A stretch of 64,000 nt of DNA from Chthoniobacterales bacterium (GTDB taxonomy: Bacteria; Verrucomicrobiota; Verrucomicrobiia; Chthoniobacterales; Chthoniobacteraceae), in NCBI GenBank assembly GCA_038207335.1, contig JBBQZX010000030.1, forward strand, positions 1-64,000, read 5' to 3'. Positions 50,376 to 59,841 of the stretch are shown here, one piece after another. The notes under the pieces were generated by a model. That model was not told the DNA's origin, ran no database searches, and saw only the letters and a program-made list of their open reading frames with translations. Every line of letters starts with the position of its first letter. Within the stretch, counting starts at the first letter, position 1. The translations under genes were made by a program, and so were the position numbers.

Positions 50376-51611
50376 ATGGAAAATTCAGACCACGCGCCTG
50401 CCGCTGCAATCCCGCACACAGTCGCGGAACTGACGGTGCTCCCGATTCTGCTGGCGATCAGCTTTGCGCATCTGCTTAACGACACGATCCAATCGCTCAT
50501 TCCGGCGATCTACCCGCTCGTGAAGGAATCCTTTCACCTGAGCTTCACCCAGATTGGGATGATCACGTTCACCTTCCAACTGACCGCGTCGCTGCTCCAG
50601 CCATGCGTCGGCGCCTACACCGATCGCTCGCCGAAACCGTATTCCTTGATGACGGGAATGTTCTTCACGCTGGCTGGTCTCGTGCTGCTTTCCTTCGCCG
50701 GAAGCTTCTCATTCCTCCTGATTGCCGTCGCGCTGGTGGGAATGGGCTCGGCAATCTTCCATCCCGAATCCTCGCGCGTCGCGCACATGGCTTCGGGCGG
50801 CCGGCACGGATTCGCGCAATCCCTTTTCCAGGTAGGAGGCAACGCCGGCAGTTCGTTCGGACCGCTGCTCGCCGCACTCGTCGTCACGCACAACGGCCAA
50901 TCACACATCATGTGGTTTTCACTCCTGGCTCTTGCCGCCATCGCCGTACTTTTCAAAGTCGGTGGCTGGTATCGCCATCACTTGGTGGAACGCAGCAAGC
51001 ACGCGTCCGTGTCTTCCACACGCCAGCCGCTCCCCCGGAGAACAGTCGTGCTCTCGATCGCCATTTTGATCGGGCTCGTCTTTTCCAAGTATTTCTACCT
51101 CACGAGTCTCACGAGCTACTACACCTTCTATCTCATCGAAAAATTCCACCTCGAGGTCACGAGCGCGCAGATCTATTTGTTCGTTTTCTTGTTTGCCGTC
51201 GCTGCGGGGACTTTGGCGGGCGGTCCGTTGGGTGACTACTTTGGGCGGAAATACGTGATCTGGATTTCCATCCTGGGAGTCGCGCCGTTCACCCTTGCCC
51301 TACCTCACGCCAATCTGTTTTGGACCGTCGTGCTCACGGCTTTCATCGGCATCATTCTCGCCTCCGCATTCTCCGCTATCCTCGTTTACGCACAGGAACT
51401 GGTGCCCGGACGAGTCGGCATGATCGCCGGGCTATTCTTTGGCCTCGCCTTCGGCATGGCGGGAATCGGCTCCGCTGTGCTCGGCAAACTCGCCGACCTG
51501 ACCAGCATCAGCTACGTCTTTCACGTCTGCGCGTTTCTGCCGTTGCTCGGACTGCTCACAGGCTTCCTGCCGAATATCGAAGGAAGTCGCCGAATGAAGG
51601 CCGAAGGTTGA
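50376..51611 (+). CDS. fsr: MFS transporter (Fsr-like)
   Basis: 'HLLND', 'FHPESSRVA', 'GGRHGFAQSLFQVGGNAG', 'YAQELVPG'. Confidence 0.88.
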   Translation: MENSDHAPAAAIPHTVAELTVLPILLAISFAHLLNDTIQSLIPAIYPLVKESFHLSFTQIGMITFTFQLTASLLQPCVGAYTDRSPKPYSLMTGMFFTLAGLVLLSFAGSFSFLLIAVALVGMGSAIFHPESSRVAHMASGGRHGFAQSLFQVGGNAGSSFGPLLAALVVTHNGQSHIMWFSLLALAAIAVLFKVGGWYRHHLVERSKHASVSSTRQPLPRRTVVLSIAILIGLVFSKYFYLTSLTSYYTFYLIEKFHLEVTSAQIYLFVFLFAVAAGTLAGGPLGDYFGRKYVIWISILGVAPFTLALPHANLFWTVVLTAFIGIILASAFSAILVYAQELVPGRVGMIAGLFFGLAFGMAGIGSAVLGKLADLTSISYVFHVCAFLPLLGLLTGFLPNIEGSRRMKAEG

Positions 51612-51689
51612 TCTCCGCGCTTCCGGTCGGGAAAGTTCTTGAATACCGTGGTTATGGACCGAGGCGCCTGACTGTTATTGCTGCGGCTT

Positions 51690-51770
51690 AAATCGTGTCG
51701 GCGCAGCCGGGACAGAAGTAGGGTCCTTTGTCACCTCAGGCTTGAGGAGAAAGAGCGTGTCATGGTTCAT
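51690..51770 (-). pseudogene. 5' stub of a DUF3088-like protein
   Basis: 'MNHDTLFLLKPE', frameshift, 'KGPYFCPGCA'. Confidence 0.5.
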
Positions 51771-51877
51771 CGGTGTCTGAGTTTGCTTCGATTGCGTGGC
51801 GTTCGAGATGGAATTGCTCATTGGTCGCCACAGAGCTCGGACGAGTTCGCCGCTGTGTTGGGGAGCGCAGGACGTTG

Positions 51878-52279
51878 TTAGATGCTCTCGACGCGCTCCA
51901 GGAGCTGGACCAGCAATGGTCCGAACGTCCGCAGTTCCTTTCGATGGGAGAGGGCCAGCTTTTGAAGGTTCTTTCGTCCAAGCGGCGTGAGAGTGACAAA
52001 AACGCAGCGGCGATCTTCTTCGGATGTCTGGCGTTCGATGAGCTTGGAGTTCTGTAATCGGTCCACCAAACCCACGGCGCTGTGTGCCGCGATTTGAAGC
52101 TGTTCCGCCAGCTCTCCCACGGTGACCAGATTGCGTCCTGGAAACCCTTCGATCGCCAGAAGTGCCTGATACTGCTGCGGCGTCAGCGCGCACGCCCGGG
52201 CCGCTTGCTCACTGAAATGCAGAAACTTCCGCATCTCGTAGCGGAAGGCGGCCAGCGTTTCGTAATCGACTTTTGTCAC
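51878..52279 (-). CDS. MarR family regulator
   Basis: 'LAAFRYEMRKFL', 'LTPQQYQALL', 'HSAVGLVDRL', 'DRR'. Confidence 0.9.
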   Translation of the reverse strand: MTKVDYETLAAFRYEMRKFLHFSEQAARACALTPQQYQALLAIEGFPGRNLVTVGELAEQLQIAAHSAVGLVDRLQNSKLIERQTSEEDRRCVFVTLTPLGRKNLQKLALSHRKELRTFGPLLVQLLERVESI

Positions 52280-52290
52280 GACTCCTCGAA

Positions 52291-52309
52291 TATATCGTAA
52301 TGCGATATA
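52291..52309. promoter_or_regulatory. putative MarR operator
   Basis: Perfect inverted repeat TATATCG-taatg-CGATATA between the divergent marR and clc genes. Confidence 0.7.
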
Positions 52310-52409
52310 CTCAAGCCGAAACTTGCCTGAAGACTTTTACGATGCCTGCCACAGAGCCATTCGTCGGGACCTTCGATCACGGCGACAAAAGCGCGCCTCT
52401 ATTCTTCCG

Positions 52410-54194
52410 ATGACTTCCGCTCCGCATCGACACAGCGTTCTATTCCTGTCGGTCACCTCGATCGGACTCGCCGGAGTCACAACCGTAATCGCCTGGGCAT
52501 TGGTGCAGCTCATTTACCTGATCACCCACCTCGCTTTCTACCAGCGTCTCGCGCTCACGCCCATTTCTCCGGATGGCAACCATCTCGGGCTCGCGGTTGT
52601 CGTCGTGCCGGTGATCGGCGGCCTGATCATCGGCGTCATGGCGCGCTACGGATCGAAGGCCATTCGCGGCCACGGCATCCCTGAGGCGATGGAGCAAATA
52701 CTGCTCAATCGCAGCCGCATCCCGGCGCGCGTTACCTTGCTCAAGCCGCTCTCCGCGGCGATCTCGATCGGGACCGGCGGACCGTTCGGCGCCGAAGGGC
52801 CTATCATCGCGACAGGAGGCGCGCTCGGATCTTTGCTCGGGCAAATCTTCAGCGTCACTGCCGCGGAGAGGAAGATCTTACTCGCCGCGGGCGCTGCCGC
52901 GGGAATGACGGCCATCTTCGGCAGCCCGATCGCCGCGGTGCTGCTGGCGATCGAGCTACTGCTTTTTGAATTCAGCGCTCGCTCGCTGGTGCCGGTGGCT
53001 CTCGGGTGCGCAACCGCGTCGGCCGTGCGGCTTTGGTTCTTCAGTCCCGAGCCGATCTTCGCGATGCCCGCCGTCGCGACTCCCGGACCCGCGTTCCTAC
53101 TCACTTTCCTCACACTCGGCGCCTGTGTGGGCGTGGCCGCCGCTTTCATCAGCCGCGCCGTGTATTGGGTGGAAGATCAATTCGAGCGCCTGCCAGTTCA
53201 TTGGGCGTGGTGGCCGGCCATCGGCGCCGTGGGCGTCGGGCTGATCGGATATATCGCGCCGCGGACCCTCGGTGTCGGCTACAACAACATCGAGGAATTC
53301 GTTTCCAATACCCTGCCGATTCAGATCGTGGCCTGGCTCTGCGCGATGAAGCTCTTCTCGTGGCTCATCGCCCTCGGGAGCGGCACTTCGGGCGGAACAC
53401 TCGCGCCCTTGCTGACCATCGGCAGCGGCCTCGGCGCACTGCTCGCAGTGGGAGTGAACCACCTCGTGCCAAGCCTCGACTTGCCCATCGGCCTCGCCGC
53501 TCTGGTCGGCATGACCGCGATGTTTGCCGGCGCCTCGCGTGCCCTGCTCGCGTCCATCGTGTTCTCCTTTGAAACCACGATGCAACCGCACGCTCTCCCC
53601 GCGCTGCTTGCCGGCGCGACGGCCGCTTTTCTCGTCGCGCACCTCATCACGCGGCACTCGATCATGACCGAGAAAATCGCGCGCCGCGGCGTATCGGTGC
53701 CCCACAGCTACGCGCCCGATCCGCTGGCGCACATCCGCGTGTCCGACGTCATGGCGAGTGAGTTTCAGACCGTCCCCGCGACCATGACGATCGAAGCCCT
53801 GGCGACCGGCATCGCCTTGAACGACCCGCTCGTGGCACGCCGTCATGCTTCGATGATCCTCGACGCCGACGAGCGCCTGGTTGGTATCATCACGCGCAGC
53901 GACGTGCTCCGCGCGGCCGATTCGGGGCAGCAACTTCTCACCGTGGGCGAATCCGGAATCGGCACACTCGTCGTCGCCCATCCCGACGAAACGCTTCGTG
54001 AAGCGCTCATCAAAATGCTTCAATACAAGGTCGGAAGACTCCCCGTGGTGCCGCGCGACCATATTCAGCGCCCCGTGGGCTATCTGGGCCGCGCCGAAAT
54101 CCTCGGCGCTGAAACTTTAGACGTGCGCGAACCCGGCTGGCTGGAACGTGTTTATCCTCGCGCAGCGGTGCCAGAGAAACCTGGGCCACGATAG
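52410..54194 (+). CDS. ClC chloride channel/antiporter family with CBS domains
   Basis: 'GHGIPE', 'GAEGP', 'GTSGGTLAP', C-terminal CBS pair. Confidence 0.92.
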   Translation: MTSAPHRHSVLFLSVTSIGLAGVTTVIAWALVQLIYLITHLAFYQRLALTPISPDGNHLGLAVVVVPVIGGLIIGVMARYGSKAIRGHGIPEAMEQILLNRSRIPARVTLLKPLSAAISIGTGGPFGAEGPIIATGGALGSLLGQIFSVTAAERKILLAAGAAAGMTAIFGSPIAAVLLAIELLLFEFSARSLVPVALGCATASAVRLWFFSPEPIFAMPAVATPGPAFLLTFLTLGACVGVAAAFISRAVYWVEDQFERLPVHWAWWPAIGAVGVGLIGYIAPRTLGVGYNNIEEFVSNTLPIQIVAWLCAMKLFSWLIALGSGTSGGTLAPLLTIGSGLGALLAVGVNHLVPSLDLPIGLAALVGMTAMFAGASRALLASIVFSFETTMQPHALPALLAGATAAFLVAHLITRHSIMTEKIARRGVSVPHSYAPDPLAHIRVSDVMASEFQTVPATMTIEALATGIALNDPLVARRHASMILDADERLVGIITRSDVLRAADSGQQLLTVGESGIGTLVVAHPDETLREALIKMLQYKVGRLPVVPRDHIQRPVGYLGRAEILGAETLDVREPGWLERVYPRAAVPEKPGPR

Positions 54195-54339
54195 CGGTTC
54201 ATCATGCGTCTGGACGCGCGCGTGCCATTCGGAACGAGGCGCAACACCGTCGATAGGATGTCGCAATCAATGATTGCAATACGCCAACGCACCGGACTGG
54301 CGTCAGAGTACCCTAATGAAACTGTCAGGATTTTAGCCT

Positions 54340-54999
54340 TCACGCCGCCGGGGTGATCGACGCAGTCAAGAAAGCCTGCTCGTGATTTTGCCACCTACGC
54401 CACGATGACGAATCGAGCAAAGATTCATGAAGCGCGGTTCCAAGTTCGTAAATCGTGCAGTCAAAGTCGGACTGAGCATAGATTTCGACGCCACTTTTCA
54501 TTGCCTGACTCAATCGCTGAAACAACTCACGGTCGTGCGCGCCGGGAAACTCCAAATCGGTCGGATGGTCAAACGTAAATTGGCATGCGGCGAAATCTTT
54601 GGAGTGATGTCGCCGACACGAGTGTGGACGCATCTCATAAACACTGCATCTTCCATGCACGAGCAGAGGACATTGGATATTCTGCGTGGCATGCTCGAAT
54701 GGGCTCAGCGGAAGCACCCTTTCCGCGTGAGATTTTAGTCGAACCATCAAGCTCATCAGGTCTTCGGTGCTGAATTGGGCACGAATGTGTCGAGCAATCA
54801 AGAAGACCTCGTGGGCGAAAAGATCGACCCGCAGCCAACAGCAAAGAGAGCAGCCCTCACAACAAGCCAGACGCGGGGCTGCCGACCTCGTGATCTCATC
54901 GAATGCCGTGAGCTCTTGCGTCGCAGCGTGATCGAACTCCGAGGGATCCACAGCTCGGGCAATGTCGAAAGCAAGTTGTTGCGAAAGGGTTTCTGGCAT
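54340..54999 (-). CDS. YkgJ family cysteine cluster protein
   Basis: 'CCEGCSLCC', 'CPLL..GRCSVYEMRPHSCR'. Confidence 0.85.
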   Translation of the reverse strand: MPETLSQQLAFDIARAVDPSEFDHAATQELTAFDEITRSAAPRLACCEGCSLCCWLRVDLFAHEVFLIARHIRAQFSTEDLMSLMVRLKSHAERVLPLSPFEHATQNIQCPLLVHGRCSVYEMRPHSCRRHHSKDFAACQFTFDHPTDLEFPGAHDRELFQRLSQAMKSGVEIYAQSDFDCTIYELGTALHESLLDSSSWRRWQNHEQAFLTASITPAA

Positions 55000-55253
55000 G
55001 TCCGCGGGTGTCCCATCGAACGATCAAAGGTTTGCGGGGCTGTAGGCCACCGGTTTCCTCGACCATTTTCCAGTCGTAAATCCACGTCCCTAGCTCTGCT
55101 ACTCGCTCGGTGGCTGATACCTCACAAAAATCAGTTGGTGTCCGTTCTCAAATTGGCTTTGCGATTCATGCAGTGGGATCAGGGTCGCCTCAATGAACAA
55201 TTTCACCTGTGAGACGAAGGCGTCGAGGTTCGCCAACCGCAAATACAGCAACG

Positions 55254-56261
55254 CTACTTCGTGACGGCGAACGGCTGGACGAAGCTGGCCTCACCTTTAG
55301 CGTAGGCGATCCACACGGTATGAGTCTTTCGATCCACCGCGATGCTGCGCGCGCCTTCACTGGACGCAACGCTGCCAAGTGTTGTCAGCTTCTCATTTTC
55401 CACTTGGACGATCACGATCTTTCCGGTGCCGCTCGCGCAATAAACGCGATGCAACTCAGGGTCGTATGCGATCTGATCAACCCGTTCGGCAATTTCCGCT
55501 GAGGCAGTCACTTTTCCGTCTCCCTGTCGCATCATGACCAGTTTCCCATTGGCGCCGGCAATGAGCAAAGACTTGTCTTGTTCATCCACAGCCATTCCGT
55601 GAGGACCTTTAGCGGGTGCCGTTGACCATTGGTCGGTGACCTTGTTACTGCGCAGGTCAATCACGGCCACTACGCTGCCTGTCTTCATCGCTTGGAAAAG
55701 GCGCATGCCAGTGCTATCGAACGCGAGATCCTCCGGACCATCACTGGGAAGTCCGATGGTCTCAACAGCCTTGGTGGAGGGATCGACTACCCACAGATCT
55801 TTGCCGTCGTCGTGGCCAACATACACGCGTGCAGAAATTTGATTGTACGCAATGAGGTCGGCGGGACCGGACAGCGGGACGCTGCCGACAACCTCCAGTT
55901 TTTCCGAGTCGATAGTGACGAGCTGCGGCGGCTTGCTGACGCCCACGTAGTAGCGGTGTGATTTCGCATCCACGGCCTCAGATTGCGCCGCACCCGTGCT
56001 GATGACCTTTGTCACCAACCGCTTGTCGAGGTCGATGATATCAAGCGACGAGTTACCCGTGTGGGCGGCTAACAGGCGGCGACCTTCGGCGTCAATGGTC
56101 AAGAAATCGAAACGACCATGCGTTCCTTCAAGGATGATTGGCTTCCCGGCTTCCAACAGTTCCGCACTTTTTCCGCTCAGTGCAGTGAATAGAAACGACA
56201 ATCCGCAAAGGATGGTCGCCTTGGTGAATATGATCCGCTTTACGGTGAAGGAGGTAAGCAT
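55254..56261 (-). CDS. YncE-like secreted beta-propeller protein
   Basis: 'GRFDFLTID..GRRL', repeated 'GP..MAVD' blades, 'GARSIAVD'. Confidence 0.85.
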   Translation of the reverse strand: MLTSFTVKRIIFTKATILCGLSFLFTALSGKSAELLEAGKPIILEGTHGRFDFLTIDAEGRRLLAAHTGNSSLDIIDLDKRLVTKVISTGAAQSEAVDAKSHRYYVGVSKPPQLVTIDSEKLEVVGSVPLSGPADLIAYNQISARVYVGHDDGKDLWVVDPSTKAVETIGLPSDGPEDLAFDSTGMRLFQAMKTGSVVAVIDLRSNKVTDQWSTAPAKGPHGMAVDEQDKSLLIAGANGKLVMMRQGDGKVTASAEIAERVDQIAYDPELHRVYCASGTGKIVIVQVENEKLTTLGSVASSEGARSIAVDRKTHTVWIAYAKGEASFVQPFAVTK

Positions 56262-56788
56262 TGTTTCACCATGCAGATGGATGCTGAGCCAAACAAGAGT
56301 CGAGAAGACCGAATCGATTACATTTGAGTCACGCTTCGCGGCGAGAGTGCGATGAACAAATCCTCTTATGAAAGCTGAGCGGCCGATCGATCCGCAGTCT
56401 TCAGGTGGGTGAATAGGAGTCTTAGGCGGCCTTCTGCTCAAGGATCGCGAGACTATCGAAGCGACACGTCCAACCACTTAGGGCTTTCACTAGGAAATGG
56501 ACAGTGACGACTACACTGGCATGCAGACTGGAATATCATTTGAACGGGGCGAAGGGCTATACGGGCGACTATTCACTGGCGCGAAGTCCAATTGCCGAAC
56601 ACATCCAGCAATCAGGCACGCGGATGGATATTTCATCATTGGATTCGTAGACGTATGACGCTCGCTTCTTGTCCCATCGATCCCGCACAGCAACCGATCT
56701 TCGCCCAAGAGCGACGACTGGAAATTGCGGCGTCGGAAGTCAGCAACTGCATGATGCAGTTTCCCGGCCAAAGGAGTTCCCGGGGTCG

Positions 56789-58948
56789 TTACGGCCAGAT
56801 GGATTTCACCTCGTGCGCTTCGAGCAGTGAGAATTTTACAGCGTCGCCTTTCACGCTGATTTCGACGACTAACTCTTTCGGGTTCGCGATGAGGGGAAAG
56901 GGAACGTAGGTCAGGCCGTCACTTGCCCAGATGGTGAAATTGGTGCGGTCGGTGAGGATGATGACGCTCTGATGTCCGTCGCGCAGCGGCGCGGGTGCGC
57001 GGTGTTTGTCGATGACGATCTCCTGCTTTGCGGAGTCGTAGCGAATCTCGACACCTCGCACTTTGAAGAGCACCTCGCTGTTAGGCGCAGGCGTGAAATC
57101 GGCGCGGATTTCGAGTAGTTCGCCATGGACGTCGGAGAGGGGGTTCTTACCGCCTTCGTTGAGCGTGCAGGGTTCATGGCGGTGCGATTTTACGCGCAAA
57201 GACGCGAGCTGCGCGATCGGCTGCCAGGCGAGGCGAGGACCGCCCGGCGTGCTGCGGAGCGAGAGTTCGCAGGGGAAGCATTGGAGCTGGTTGAAGGGCA
57301 TCCCGAGCGAGGGACACTGCCCCCAGCCGATTTGCACGCGGCGTCCGTCCGGCATGCCGCTGAAGGTCTGCGCGGCGTAGAATCCGCGGCCGCGCTGAGC
57401 GGGAAGCTTCGGAGTCTCGGGCGTGAACTTTTCGCCGTCGAAGGTGCCGACTTGATATTCACTGCTCGCCGCGGTCAGCACCCATTTCTGGTGGGCGGCG
57501 TCGCTATCGACCGGCAGTTCGAAGAAATCCGGGCACTCAAAAAAGCCGGGAGTCGTGCTCCGCAGCGTCCAGTCGCGGAGGTTCGGCGACGTGAAAAAGT
57601 GGATGGTGTGGTTTGGCTTCGGCGCGCCCGGAGCGTCGGGGAGTTGGACGTAGAGCGTGAGCACCCAGCGCTTGCTCGGCGCGTGCCAAAAGACTTTCGG
57701 GTCGCGGTTGCCGCCCGTGATTTGCGGGATGACGGGGTTGCCCGCGAACTTCGTGAACGTCCGCCCGTCCAAACTGTAGGCGAGGCACTGCACCGTCGGG
57801 TTGCCGGCGGCCGTGTAAATGAGCACCAGCGGCGCTTTTCCATCGCGCCCGAAGCCGCTCGTATTCTGCTCATCGACGACCGCGCTGCCGCTGAACATCG
57901 GCCCCATGTCGTCGGGATAAAGCGCCTCGCCGATCTCTTCCCAATGCACGAGGTCGCGGCTTACCGCGTGGCCCCAGTGCATGTTTCCCCAGCTCCAGCC
58001 GTACGGGTTATGCTGGAAAAAGAGGTGATATTCGCCGTTGAAAAAGACGAGACCGTTCGGGTCGTTCACCCAGCCGCGTTTCGCCGAAAACTGCAACTGC
58101 GGGCGCAGCGCTTCGTGGTACAGATTTTCCGCGCCGATCATTCCGTCGGCTTGTTTTATCGAGCTCAGCGCCGTCGAGTTTTCCGGCAGTTGATTGACGG
58201 AAATTGTGAGCGTCTTTCCCGCCCACGCGCTCACGTCGAGCGGCGCCCACCAATCCGGCTCGGCGTCCGCGAGTTCGATGTCGAAACGCCGCTCCGTCTT
58301 GCCGTCCACGGAGACGGTCACGACGCGTTTCATCGCGCCGGTCTTCACCGGGAAATGCAGCCAGCGTTTTTCCGCGACGACCTCGCGCGAGACGCCCTTG
58401 GCGATCTTTACCGCCATCGGTGGCGCGGTGTCGGCCTGCATGATTTGATCGAGATTGAGATGTCCCCAGCCGCCCGTCGCGTCATCGACGACGACGAGAT
58501 GCGCTGATTTCCCCGTGAGTTCCGACACGTCCCACCCGCTCGGCTCGAGCCGCTCGCTGCCGCCGGGCTCGGTGTTCGGACCAGTCGCGATACGGACGAT
58601 TTTTCCGCTCACGACGAGGTTCACGCACGTCTTTCCGGCGAAACCGCCGCCGCCGATTAGGAAGCTGAGAAACTTCCGCTCAATCGTGAATTCCGGCGAT
58701 GTGAGCGTGCCCGTCGCCTTGTCGCCACCGAGGAACGAATTCACCAAACCCCTTCCCGCAAAGCCTTCGACGGCCATCTGCCCCGGCAGCGCGCCGCGCG
58801 CCGGACCGCGGCCGAACGCGGTGCCGGTCGTCTTCCACGCGCCGTAAGTCTCGGCCTCGAAGTCCGCGACGACGATGTCGGGCTGCTGCGCGCGCGCGGC
58901 GGCGAGGGCGACGCTGAGCGACAGAAAAATCGGGGCGACGGTTTTCAT
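56789..58948 (-). CDS. secreted GH32 glycoside hydrolase (levanase/fructanase-like)
   Basis: 'WVNDPNG', 'WGHAVS', 'FSGSA', 'RDPK', 'ECP'. Confidence 0.95.
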   Translation of the reverse strand: MKTVAPIFLSLSVALAAARAQQPDIVVADFEAETYGAWKTTGTAFGRGPARGALPGQMAVEGFAGRGLVNSFLGGDKATGTLTSPEFTIERKFLSFLIGGGGFAGKTCVNLVVSGKIVRIATGPNTEPGGSERLEPSGWDVSELTGKSAHLVVVDDATGGWGHLNLDQIMQADTAPPMAVKIAKGVSREVVAEKRWLHFPVKTGAMKRVVTVSVDGKTERRFDIELADAEPDWWAPLDVSAWAGKTLTISVNQLPENSTALSSIKQADGMIGAENLYHEALRPQLQFSAKRGWVNDPNGLVFFNGEYHLFFQHNPYGWSWGNMHWGHAVSRDLVHWEEIGEALYPDDMGPMFSGSAVVDEQNTSGFGRDGKAPLVLIYTAAGNPTVQCLAYSLDGRTFTKFAGNPVIPQITGGNRDPKVFWHAPSKRWVLTLYVQLPDAPGAPKPNHTIHFFTSPNLRDWTLRSTTPGFFECPDFFELPVDSDAAHQKWVLTAASSEYQVGTFDGEKFTPETPKLPAQRGRGFYAAQTFSGMPDGRRVQIGWGQCPSLGMPFNQLQCFPCELSLRSTPGGPRLAWQPIAQLASLRVKSHRHEPCTLNEGGKNPLSDVHGELLEIRADFTPAPNSEVLFKVRGVEIRYDSAKQEIVIDKHRAPAPLRDGHQSVIILTDRTNFTIWASDGLTYVPFPLIANPKELVVEISVKGDAVKFSLLEAHEVKSIWP

Positions 58949-58959
58949 GGGAGTGAATT

Positions 58960-59841
58960 TCAGGCGAATCTCCGGCGCAATTCGTCCGGCAATTTCGGCG
59001 TCGCGCCGGCTTGCGAGCAGACAAACGCGGCGACTTCATTGGCCCGCTGATTGATCTCCGCGAGCGGCCATTTCTTCCGCAGACCGAGCGCGAGCGCGGC
59101 GGTAAACGAGTCGCCCGCGCCGATGGTGTCGCTCACTTTCGCCGCGATGCCGGGATGCTCGGAGAGCTCTCCATCAGCCAGCAGCCAGCTTCCGCAGCCG
59201 CCGCAGGTGAGCGCGATCACGCGGAGTTCAAAGCGGTTCGCGAGTTCGGCGAGTTGCGTCGTGAAATCTCCGGGGAGCGCAAACATTTCCGCGAGCACTG
59301 GCAGCTCGGCGTCGTTGAGTTTCAAAATGTTCGCGAGCCCCAGCGAGGTCTCGATGACTTCACGAGAGTAAAACGACTGCCGCAGATTGATGTCGAAAAT
59401 GCGGAGCGCGTCGCTCGGCGTGGCGGCGACGAGTGCGCGAATCGCCTCGCGCGAAAGCTCCGCGCGCTGGGCCAGCGAGCCGAAGCAAATCACGTCCGCG
59501 CGCGCAGCGAAAGCGCGCGCGGCGGGGTCGGCGGTGAGATGATCCCACGCGACATCCTCATGGATCGTGTAGCTCGGCTGACCGTCGGCACCGAGGCTCA
59601 CTGTGACCGTTCCGGTCGGTGCCGCGGAGTCAATGGCGACATGATCCGCGCGCAAACCGGATGCCGCAAAACGCGAGAGAATTTCGCGTCCGAGGTCGTC
59701 GTCGCCGACGCGCGAGATCATCGCAGCATCCGCTCCGAGCGCGCGCGCGTGCTGCGCGAAGTTCGCGGGCGCTCCGCCGAGCACGGGCCCGGTCGGCAGC
59801 AAATCCCAGAGCACTTCACCGACGGCGAGAATTGCACTCAT
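58960..59841 (-). CDS. PfkB family carbohydrate kinase (fructokinase-like)
   Basis: 'GGAPANFA', 'FDINLR', 'DTIGAGDSF'. Confidence 0.93.
   Translation of the reverse strand: MSAILAVGEVLWDLLPTGPVLGGAPANFAQHARALGADAAMISRVGDDDLGREILSRFAASGLRADHVAIDSAAPTGTVTVSLGADGQPSYTIHEDVAWDHLTADPAARAFAARADVICFGSLAQRAELSREAIRALVAATPSDALRIFDINLRQSFYSREVIETSLGLANILKLNDAELPVLAEMFALPGDFTTQLAELANRFELRVIALTCGGCGSWLLADGELSEHPGIAAKVSDTIGAGDSFTAALALGLRKKWPLAEINQRANEVAAFVCSQAGATPKLPDELRRRFA

Noticed and set aside
52280..52409. Fluoride riboswitch before the ClC gene
   Set aside because: No GGCGATGG...CGCC-type motif seen, and the protein lacks the fluoride-type ClC signature.
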